A stretch of DNA of 64,000 nt from a virus. This document shows, in pieces, positions 17,351 to 24,769 of this stretch. Every line of letters begins with the position of its first letter. Position 1 is the first letter of the stretch. Below the pieces are notes generated by a model, which had not been told where the DNA came from, ran no database searches, and saw only the letters and a list, made by a program, of their open reading frames with translations. Where the stretch lies: IMG/VR virus record IMGVR_UViG_3300039452_000120, one strand, 5' to 3'. Position numbers and translations under genes: made by a program.

Positions 17351-18007
17351 ATGAAAGAAAAACTTACAATTTGGTTTTTAGGCTCTAATTCAGTGGGGAA
17401 GACGACACAATGTGCGCTTCTCCACTTGTTATTGAGAGATGTTTACAACCAAAGCAATTATCGCTCTCGTGTTATTCAGGCTCATGAGAATGGTGTCACT
17501 TCTTACTATACTAAAGTAAGCCCGGTATCAGCCAACCTTGGTATATTTCATCATCCGCTTACCGCTGTCACTGACCCTTCCGTAAAACCTAATGCTTGTT
17601 GCGGTACGGATAAACTTTCAACCAAGGCACAAATCGAATTAGCCTACCGCGCAGCTTTAGCTGACCCGGAAGTGACGATCATCACGGTAGATGCAATTAT
17701 GGCTACCGGGCAGTTTCTCAACTTCCTCGTCAACGAAAACAGCTTACTTTTCACTATATTGTTGGACTGTACTGAAGAAATTAACTTTAAAAGGTTGGCT
17801 GAACGAAGGGCTGCTAAACGAGGAGTTGAGCCTTCCCAGATTATCATTGATGATCGTACTAAAGAAAATCTGAGTAGCAAGCTTCGTGGTTTTCGCTCTA
17901 TGTACGAAAAAGCGAAGCCTAAAAGTGACTTTTTCAAGGTGTTTTCAACCGATTTGATGTTGATAAACGAAATTTCGTCTTGTATAATTGACTTATTAAC
18001 GCTTTAG
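17351..18007 (+). CDS. P-loop kinase-like protein (candidate 5-hmdU DNA kinase)
   Basis: Walker A FLGSNSVGKTT. The specific role is inferred only from neighbouring genes. Confidence 0.45.
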   Translation: MKEKLTIWFLGSNSVGKTTQCALLHLLLRDVYNQSNYRSRVIQAHENGVTSYYTKVSPVSANLGIFHHPLTAVTDPSVKPNACCGTDKLSTKAQIELAYRAALADPEVTIITVDAIMATGQFLNFLVNENSLLFTILLDCTEEINFKRLAERRAAKRGVEPSQIIIDDRTKENLSSKLRGFRSMYEKAKPKSDFFKVFSTDLMLINEISSCIIDLLTL

Positions 18008-18028
18008 GTTTCAAAACTCAACGTTTTT

Positions 18029-18066
18029 CTCTTTTGCCCCCAGGGGAAAAAGAGTTCTTCTTTCTG
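18029..18066 (+). terminator. terminator-like hairpin
   Basis: CTCTTTT-G-CCC...GGG-A-AAAAGAG interrupted stem, followed by the T-rich TTCTTCTTTCT. Confidence 0.45.
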
Positions 18067-18126
18067 TATTCTGCTCTGTTAAGGATCATTATAAATGTGT
18101 TGCTAATCTCAAAATCAAAATAAGAA

Positions 18127-19125
18127 ATGAAAAAACAAACTAAACCTGAGAATAGTCTGATGAACGCAGACGTTATTGTAGTTGGTGCTGGAATGGTGGG
18201 CAGCATGATTACTAAACACTTGAGAGCTAATGGCTTACAAGTGTTATTAATTGATTGTGAAAGACCGTTTTCAGGTTCAAAATGCTCTTCAGGAATGTGG
18301 AGAGATGGATGGGTCAATGATAAAATCCGGGAACAATATGAACAGGGGCTGGAAGTGCTTCATGAATACGCAGGAATCAATACAATTGAAGTGGAAAACT
18401 TGGACACGAAGCTGTCCGTCAAGAAGAACGGTTCAGAGCAAACAGATGTACAAATTGATGAATTGATGTATGTGAATTGGAAGGACATTTGTGATGTACA
18501 AGCAGTTAATTATGAAGTTGTTAGTGTTTGTAAGAATATTGTGACGTGTCGCCACCATGGCAATGATCACAATAACCGACCACGCACGACTCAGTTTGTA
18601 GCAATGAAAAAGGTATTTTTGTGTACTGGTGCTTATACAGATGAGTTGCTTCGGGATAGCGGGTATTCTCCCATTGGATTGGATCGGTATTTTGGGTCAG
18701 CCATTGAAACCCGCAATTTAGATTACAAAATCATTAGCAAAATCAAAACTTGGGCACCGTATAAGCAATTCTTAGCTGCTCGCGTGGGAAAAACCAAGTT
18801 AAAGTTTTCTGATGGCTCGATGGTCAAAAACCCACCTTTAGAGCAGGGTGACGAGCGTTGTGACCGGGTGCATCAGCGGTTGAAGGAACATGTAGTCGAA
18901 GTGATGGGAACGAAATTCAAGTATGATAAGGACGATACCAAGGAACTTTTTGGATTGCGTCCCTACTTGCCCAAAGGTGACCACGAATTTGTGCATAATC
19001 ATGACTCTGACTTGTGGTCATTTACTGGAACAGCTAAAAACACTACCATCCTTTGTGGGTATTTAGCTATCAGGGCATTAGAGATTGCTACCTCTCCAAA
19101 AGCACGCTTGGTTAAGGAAAGTTAA
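18127..19125 (+). CDS. FAD-dependent oxidoreductase
   Basis: N-terminal Rossmann dinucleotide-binding motif DVIVVGAGMVGSMITKHLRANGLQVLLIDCE. Confidence 0.7.
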   Translation: MKKQTKPENSLMNADVIVVGAGMVGSMITKHLRANGLQVLLIDCERPFSGSKCSSGMWRDGWVNDKIREQYEQGLEVLHEYAGINTIEVENLDTKLSVKKNGSEQTDVQIDELMYVNWKDICDVQAVNYEVVSVCKNIVTCRHHGNDHNNRPRTTQFVAMKKVFLCTGAYTDELLRDSGYSPIGLDRYFGSAIETRNLDYKIISKIKTWAPYKQFLAARVGKTKLKFSDGSMVKNPPLEQGDERCDRVHQRLKEHVVEVMGTKFKYDKDDTKELFGLRPYLPKGDHEFVHNHDSDLWSFTGTAKNTTILCGYLAIRALEIATSPKARLVKES

Positions 19126-19136
19126 CCCAGCTCATC

Positions 19137-19292
19137 ATGAACAAGCGATTAATTAGCGTACTTGCAGTAATTGTGATATTTATACTGCTCATATACATAA
19201 TATGTTACAATATTTTTGCTGTGCCGCGTCTTAACAAGGTAAGGCAACCAGTCATAGATACCACAATTGAAACACAGGACTATACTGAGTGA
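19137..19292 (+). CDS. small single-pass membrane protein (not in ORF track)
   Basis: ATG 19137 to TGA 19290-19292; MNKRLISVLAVIVIFILLIYIICYNIFAV... Confidence 0.35.
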   Translation: MNKRLISVLAVIVIFILLIYIICYNIFAVPRLNKVRQPVIDTTIETQDYTE

Positions 19293-19480
19293 CACGGAAA
19301 GAAAAACAGTTGCTGTATTTTCAGTACACTGAGTATCGCAATAGAATGAAAGCCCAACCCTTACCAATTTACAGATTTTGGAAAGTGGAGCGTTACCGAC
19401 AGTGGTACAAAATGTTAAACGAAGTTGGTACAAACATCACCCTGTCAGATGAATTGTACTCTGAACAATTTCGTATTTAA
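19289..19480 (+). CDS. hypothetical protein
   Basis: 63-aa GTG-initiated ORF overlapping the previous stop (GTGA). Confidence 0.35.
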   Translation: MTRKEKQLLYFQYTEYRNRMKAQPLPIYRFWKVERYRQWYKMLNEVGTNITLSDELYSEQFRI

Positions 19481-19485
19481 ACGTA

Positions 19486-19555
19486 TCAGAGTTATTAGTA
19501 CACAGAATGATGCAAGTCGGTGGAAACGCTGCTGAAGCATCTCAGAGTTATAGTA
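19486..19555 (+). promoter_or_regulatory. direct repeat TCAGAGTTAT(T)AGTA, two copies
   Basis: Copies at 19486-19500 and 19542-19555 in the intergenic region upstream of ATG 19592. Confidence 0.3.
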
Positions 19556-19591
19556 ACAAAACAACATTGTAAACAATTAAAATTTCAACAA

Positions 19592-19846
19592 ATGCCAACT
19601 GTAAAAAAAGCAGGGTCAGCAGCACCCGCAGCAAAATCGGAAAAAGCAAAAGAAGGTGTGTACGCTTATTGCATGAGCACCAAGCAAAAAGAACTGGTAG
19701 ATGACGCCGTTATCACAAAAACTGACAAAGGTCAGTACATTGCTAAAGGTACTGCCACAAAAGACAAACACAAAGTGAGCGTAATTATGAGCGAAGCTGC
19801 CGCCAAGGAAGCTGTAGCTAATAAATGGGCTAAAAAAGACTACTAA
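19592..19846 (+). CDS. small Lys/Ala-rich protein
   Basis: Trimmed to ATG 19592 (MPTVKKAGSAAPAAKSEKAKEG...); a strong terminator follows. Confidence 0.5.
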   Translation: MPTVKKAGSAAPAAKSEKAKEGVYAYCMSTKQKELVDDAVITKTDKGQYIAKGTATKDKHKVSVIMSEAAAKEAVANKWAKKDY

Positions 19847-19882
19847 GTCGCCCCAGCACGCAATACCGTTTTTGTACTCCAG

Positions 19883-19921
19883 AAGGCTCAGGGTTAATTC
19901 CTTTGAGCCTTTGTTATTTTT
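19883..19921 (+). terminator. rho-independent terminator
   Basis: Perfect 8-bp stem AAGGCTCA/TGAGCCTT, 13-nt loop, then TGTTATTTTT. Confidence 0.6.
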
Positions 19922-19938
19922 ATACAAGACAAGTTAAT

Positions 19939-20586
19939 ATGGACAATACATTACGCAGTGTTTTACAATTTCATGAAGTTTTTGGGCAGTATATTTCGGC
20001 TGATATAACGCCAACTATACCAATGCCTGTAAAAACTTTACGGTTTAATTTGATGACGGAAGAATATTTAGAGTTGTTAAAAGCGGAAGCAGAAAATGAC
20101 CGGGTAGAAATTGCGGATGCGTTGTGTGACTTGAAGTATGTGCTTAACGGTACGATTATTGCTCACGGACTTCACAATCATTGGACAATTTTGTATAATG
20201 CTTTCGATCATTTGTTGAAGCATTTTCCCAATGTAAATTTTCGATTGGATGACTACTTATACTCAGGGGATGAGGGGTTTATCTACGTATTGTTGAAGCT
20301 GGATTATTTCATTCGTTCCAAAGTGGAGTTTCACGGATTAACAGTTGTATTCGGGGACATGTTCAACGAGGTGCACCGTTCCAATATGAGTAAGACTTGC
20401 CGTAATGAGGAAGTGGCCATTGCCACTTGTTTAGCCAGGATGCGTGAATTCGATACTGAATGTCACTATGCTTCAAAAGATGGTTATTTCTTGGTGTACC
20501 GTACCAGTGATCAAAAGACGCTTAAGAGCGTGGAATACTCTCCAGCCAATTTAGCACAATTCTTACCAGAATATAACATTAACTAA
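19939..20586 (+). CDS. MazG-like all-alpha NTP pyrophosphohydrolase
   Basis: LMTEEYLELLKA (EExxE) and EIADALCDLKYVL (DxxxD) metal-binding motifs, plus FNEVHRSNMSK and a C-terminal DGY...SPANL. Start moved to ATG 19939, past the terminator. Confidence 0.65.
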   Translation: MDNTLRSVLQFHEVFGQYISADITPTIPMPVKTLRFNLMTEEYLELLKAEAENDRVEIADALCDLKYVLNGTIIAHGLHNHWTILYNAFDHLLKHFPNVNFRLDDYLYSGDEGFIYVLLKLDYFIRSKVEFHGLTVVFGDMFNEVHRSNMSKTCRNEEVAIATCLARMREFDTECHYASKDGYFLVYRTSDQKTLKSVEYSPANLAQFLPEYNIN

Positions 20587-20613
20587 CAGTCATATCAAAG
20601 TTACCCACAGTAT

Positions 20614-21027
20614 ATGTGGATATTTTCTAAAAGAGGCTTTTATTCCATAGTGGAAGACAAGCTATTACCTAATAAGTGGCAAGTGAGAGCACGAACACGT
20701 GTAGACCTCGAAAACCTGATAAATGCTAATAATTTACAAGTAAAATTGATAGAAACACCCCACGCTGATTACCGTTTTCGTATAGTGGTTGACGCTACCC
20801 AGTTTGTATCAATAATGAGTGGCTTCGCAAAAGACGTCACATATACTAACTTCAAAGATGCTGTTAAGCATGTGAAGGGGCAGCAAGACAAGCTTGACAT
20901 ATTGCATCAGATTTGGGTGCTAATGTGGAAGCTACAAGCTAAACTTCATCCTTACAAGTTTAAGGGCAAGCGTAAAGCTAACAAATATGTAGGTGATAGC
21001 GGGAAGGAACATTATTCTGTATTTTAA
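20614..21027 (+). CDS. hypothetical protein
   Basis: 137-aa ORF; TAATG junction with the next gene. Confidence 0.55.
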   Translation: MWIFSKRGFYSIVEDKLLPNKWQVRARTRVDLENLINANNLQVKLIETPHADYRFRIVVDATQFVSIMSGFAKDVTYTNFKDAVKHVKGQQDKLDILHQIWVLMWKLQAKLHPYKFKGKRKANKYVGDSGKEHYSVF

Positions 21028-21953
21028 TGAAAGATATACGCAAGATACATCAAGACTTTGAACTTTTTAGTCGTGCTTTGATAGCTTCTAAGGACGTTGA
21101 TCCAGTGTATCCACTGGTACCTAAGTTGATAAAGTTGGGAAGGTATAATAAGCATTGGTTTGTATTTTGTTATGTAGCGTTTTATTCTTTGGAGAGTGCC
21201 ATAGTTATGTGTGATGAGATGCCTTCAATGAAGGATTGGTGGGCAGAAACTTTTCGGGAAATGCGCAACAGTGGTAAACTTCATAAGTTTGGTCATGAAC
21301 GAAGGGGAACAGCACGAAATGTATTAGTGCAAGAAATTATGTTCAAAGACATCATCCAGTTTATTGACACTTGGATGATAGAAGTCCTTTCCAAGGATAA
21401 TCAACACTTTCGCAACAGGTTGCAAACTAATTTGTCTAATCACGGTGGTTGGGCTTCATTTAAGATAGCCGAATTGTTTGAAAAGTCACTTGGCTATACT
21501 CAATTAGCCATTCCTGATTTAGGCTTAGAGGGACGCGACCCTAATTCTACAGATGGGCCAGTTGCAGGGTTGCGTTGGTTGTATGGCTTCGATAATCATT
21601 ATGACAAGGATTATTTTGAAGTTTGGAATAAGTTTGGAGCCAATTTAGCACGTGAGTGGGGTGTAGATATTGGAGAAGTAGAAACTTGTCTTTGTAAATT
21701 TCATAAATTGCGCACCGGGAAATATTATGTGGGACATGATATAGATGAGTTTTACGATTTAAGTCACGTTTTAGACCGTAAGACGTATGAGCAGACGATG
21801 AGTGATATCTTCGATGAGCGCACGTGGAAAGGTCGCACTGGCGTGAGAAAAAGTGATAAATCAGCATATTTAAAGACTGGGCGTATTCTGGGAAGTGAAT
21901 TTTCAGTTAATTTACCCAAAATTAATGTAACTGACATATTACTCTCCACGTAA
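21027..21953 (+). CDS. possible aGPT-Pplase / amino-acid:DNA transferase-like protein (second paralog-type)
   Basis: 308 aa, coupled (TAATG) to the next gene. DVDPVYPLV...WFVFCYVAFYSLESA recalls aGPT-Pplase clade signatures from memory only. Confidence 0.35.
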   Translation: MKDIRKIHQDFELFSRALIASKDVDPVYPLVPKLIKLGRYNKHWFVFCYVAFYSLESAIVMCDEMPSMKDWWAETFREMRNSGKLHKFGHERRGTARNVLVQEIMFKDIIQFIDTWMIEVLSKDNQHFRNRLQTNLSNHGGWASFKIAELFEKSLGYTQLAIPDLGLEGRDPNSTDGPVAGLRWLYGFDNHYDKDYFEVWNKFGANLAREWGVDIGEVETCLCKFHKLRTGKYYVGHDIDEFYDLSHVLDRKTYEQTMSDIFDERTWKGRTGVRKSDKSAYLKTGRILGSEFSVNLPKINVTDILLST

Positions 21954-22954
21954 TGTTATACGAATTTGTACATCCAAATAAGCGACTTGAAGATGTTTCC
22001 TTCTATAGTGCGTTGCCTGACGCCAATATTCATCTTCACGACCAACACTTGCAATCTTTTTTCAATTTTATGGCTGAACGTCAAAACGTTTGGTATAAGC
22101 GTAATATATTAAAGCAAAAAGCCCCTTGGACAAGTGATAAGCTGTTGGCGAATTACGCTTTTACCAATGTGTACCGCGAGTTAGACCGCTCATCTCAGTG
22201 GCTTATTCGTAATGTCATTAGTGATAAAAGCTTGGAGTTAAAAGACCTCATATTTCGTATATTTATATATAGGTATTTCAATAAGCCGGATGCATTTGAG
22301 GATGGTTATGTAGATTTACCAACTTGGGATAATTTTGATCCTGTAAAGCTTCATAAGCAGGTCATTAATTGCAGGAAGCATTACAATCCTTGGCACACAG
22401 CTTATATGAGCAATCTCGTGTGGGCAAAGAAACAACCATTTGAAGGCGAAATGTTCAAAGATCATGCTTACTGTATTCAGTTGTTTCCGCAATTTCGTAC
22501 AGTAAGTTGGTTTATATCAGAATTATTGACGAGCGGTAATAAGCCTGTAATCATAATGAAAAATCTCAACATGTTACCAAGCATATCGGGTTTTATGAGT
22601 CATGAATTGTGGCTTGATTATTGTTTATTACAGAAATATAACAAATATGACTTTGGTTGGGATGAAAATTCTTACACAAATGTTGGCCCCGGTGCAAGTC
22701 TTGGTATTAGATTGATATTTCCTTCCCTCTCACCGCAGGGACAGGAAGAAGGGATTTATGCACTCCGTGATGTATCAGAACACATGCTTTCAGACATGGA
22801 TTTTAAGTACGTGAAGTGGGACGGTAAAGAATATGTAGATTGTGAACACAATATTACACTGCATCAGATTGAGTTTGTACTTTGCGAATACTCGAAATAT
22901 TGGAAAATGCAAATAGGCATCGGTAAGCAGCGTAGTAAATTTGTTCCTCATTAA
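21953..22954 (+). CDS. aGPT-Pplase / amino-acid:DNA transferase-like DNA base hypermodification protein
   Basis: ERQNVWYKRNILKQKAPWTSDKLLANYAFTNVYRELDRSSQW matches the W-x-R...PWT-D...F-T-N-V-Y-R-E-L-D-R signature I associate with this family. Confidence 0.5.
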   Translation: MLYEFVHPNKRLEDVSFYSALPDANIHLHDQHLQSFFNFMAERQNVWYKRNILKQKAPWTSDKLLANYAFTNVYRELDRSSQWLIRNVISDKSLELKDLIFRIFIYRYFNKPDAFEDGYVDLPTWDNFDPVKLHKQVINCRKHYNPWHTAYMSNLVWAKKQPFEGEMFKDHAYCIQLFPQFRTVSWFISELLTSGNKPVIIMKNLNMLPSISGFMSHELWLDYCLLQKYNKYDFGWDENSYTNVGPGASLGIRLIFPSLSPQGQEEGIYALRDVSEHMLSDMDFKYVKWDGKEYVDCEHNITLHQIEFVLCEYSKYWKMQIGIGKQRSKFVPH

Positions 22955-23028
22955 ACATAGCTTGGCTGATTGTTTTCAGTTAGTAAGCATAATTTGAACA
23001 ATTGAAAAGACACAATTCAAGCATTACA

Positions 23029-24762
23029 ATGAATAATCCTATCTTACAGAGACGCCAATTACTGGCCAATAATGCACTCGCCAGCATCACGAAGGGTGAA
23101 GAAATACAGGTTTTTGAAGAAAAAGACTTGTCAGGTTTTACGGTATTTGAAGAACGCGCAGTTGACCAGATGATGGCTGACTTAATGAAAGCGGAAGCTA
23201 CTGGGGTGTTCGGGGGGCATAAGGTGACAACTGACGACATTCGTAAGGCACGGGAAGACGCTGGTAAGCTGGAAAAGAAAGTTGTAAAAGACAAGAATGG
23301 TGGCACACGTACTGTTTACGTGAAGGTGGTTGATCAAACCAAAGCTCATCATAAGATGACGCATGAAGAATTGATGGAGCACCACTCATCAGATGAGTTG
23401 CATAAAATAGCTGATAATTACAAGGTTAATCATGACAACATCCGGGAAAGTGTAGAAAAGAATGGTGCAGCTGATGATCCTTACCATAATCAAAAAGCTA
23501 TTAATAAGCGTGGGGATGTGGCCAGTTCTGAAGAAGCTTATATGCATATTAAACAAGCTGCTTACAAGAAAGAAAAATTGGAAGGTAAGGCAGGTGCTAA
23601 AGCTACTAAAGATGTCAATAAACCATATAAGCCCGGTGAAAAAGAAGAAGACATCAAGAAAGCTGAGTTTTCTGACAAAGAGCGTAAAAAGTTAGCTAAA
23701 GAAGGGGAAGCTGAAGAAAATGGTTCTTATCCGATTGAGAATGAGGAAGACTTGAAAAACGCTATTCAGGCTTATGGTCGCTCAAAAAACAAAGTTGCTA
23801 CTAAGCGGTGGATAAAGAAACGTGCCAAGGAACTGGATAAGGAAAGCTTGTTGCCTGATAGTTGGTCAGATAAGATTGAGAAAGCTATTGACGCTCTCAT
23901 AAAAGGTGACGATAGCTTAATAAAAGCCGAAGGGTTTGATGAGAACATGAAGCCACAGTTGGAGCGTAAGCAAATCATTGATAAAAATGGTCACTCTAAA
24001 ACTGTATATGTTCGTCATTGGGATACTGAGGAACACCACTTCGCTGTAGGTCATAAGGTTCACTTTACTCACAAGGACGGTTCTCAGGGTGAAGGTGATA
24101 TTACCGCTATGAAGTATCATCATAAGTACGATAAGTACGGTACAGCCACTATTCGCGACAAAGAAGGTAACGAACACAGCCGTTCGCTGCTTAAGGTGGA
24201 AAACCATAAAGACAATGATTTTCAATACGATACTTCCAAGGAAGATAAAGGTGAAACTAAGAAAGATGTTCCCGGTGGTTTTGATAAACCTGATGATTAT
24301 ATAACAGCTGAATTAGCATCAATGCAAGGTGCTGGTGGTGAAGAGAAGGGCAAAACATATCGTAAGCTTATAGCTTATATGGGTGAAACAGGTTTTTCTG
24401 ATGAAGAGATAATGAAAAAGCTTCATATCAGTAAAATTAATCTAAATTATTATAGAGAGCAACCTGCTGTTGTAAATGGAAAGTCAAAGCCAGAGAATAA
24501 GCCACAAGATGATAAATCTTCTGAAACCAAACTATCCGGGACTGAGGCTATAAACAAGAAGCAGAAAGACCTTAAAGCTGTTGAAGAAGCACTCAAAAAT
24601 CATGAGAGTGGTGTTAAAAAACTATCGGATGACGAGTTAGCCAGTCATAAGACGAAAAAGCAAACTTTAACCAAAATCATTGATCAGCTTAAGACTAAAA
24701 ACAATATTGAAAAGGCTCTTGAATCACTGCAAGGCACAGCCGAACCAACCATACAAAAGTAA
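23029..24762 (+). CDS. Lys/Glu-rich protein, probable internal virion protein
   Basis: Trimmed to ATG 23029; sits directly upstream of the portal; shares a roughly 50-aa module and xGxxxTVYV motifs with the 29251 polyvalent protein. Confidence 0.5.
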   Translation: MNNPILQRRQLLANNALASITKGEEIQVFEEKDLSGFTVFEERAVDQMMADLMKAEATGVFGGHKVTTDDIRKAREDAGKLEKKVVKDKNGGTRTVYVKVVDQTKAHHKMTHEELMEHHSSDELHKIADNYKVNHDNIRESVEKNGAADDPYHNQKAINKRGDVASSEEAYMHIKQAAYKKEKLEGKAGAKATKDVNKPYKPGEKEEDIKKAEFSDKERKKLAKEGEAEENGSYPIENEEDLKNAIQAYGRSKNKVATKRWIKKRAKELDKESLLPDSWSDKIEKAIDALIKGDDSLIKAEGFDENMKPQLERKQIIDKNGHSKTVYVRHWDTEEHHFAVGHKVHFTHKDGSQGEGDITAMKYHHKYDKYGTATIRDKEGNEHSRSLLKVENHKDNDFQYDTSKEDKGETKKDVPGGFDKPDDYITAELASMQGAGGEEKGKTYRKLIAYMGETGFSDEEIMKKLHISKINLNYYREQPAVVNGKSKPENKPQDDKSSETKLSGTEAINKKQKDLKAVEEALKNHESGVKKLSDDELASHKTKKQTLTKIIDQLKTKNNIEKALESLQGTAEPTIQK

Positions 24763-24769
24763 TTGATTC

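Noticed and set aside
18018-18317. 99-aa minus-strand ORF across the 18008-18126 intergenic region
   Set aside because: It overlaps the terminator hairpin and the Rossmann-motif N-terminus of the + strand FAD enzyme, has low-complexity composition and runs against the uniform gene polarity.
19149-19433. 94-aa minus-strand ORF between the FAD enzyme and the Lys-rich protein
   Set aside because: It is antisense to two small + strand ORFs (19137-19292 with a clear TM helix; 19289-19480). It is Cys/Tyr-rich with odd composition, and strand polarity argues against it. This is the least certain rejection.
19903-19938. TTG start at 19903 for the MazG-like ORF
   Set aside because: It falls within the 19883-19921 terminator. 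ATG 19939 (MDNTLRSV...) aligns with where MazG-like proteins begin.
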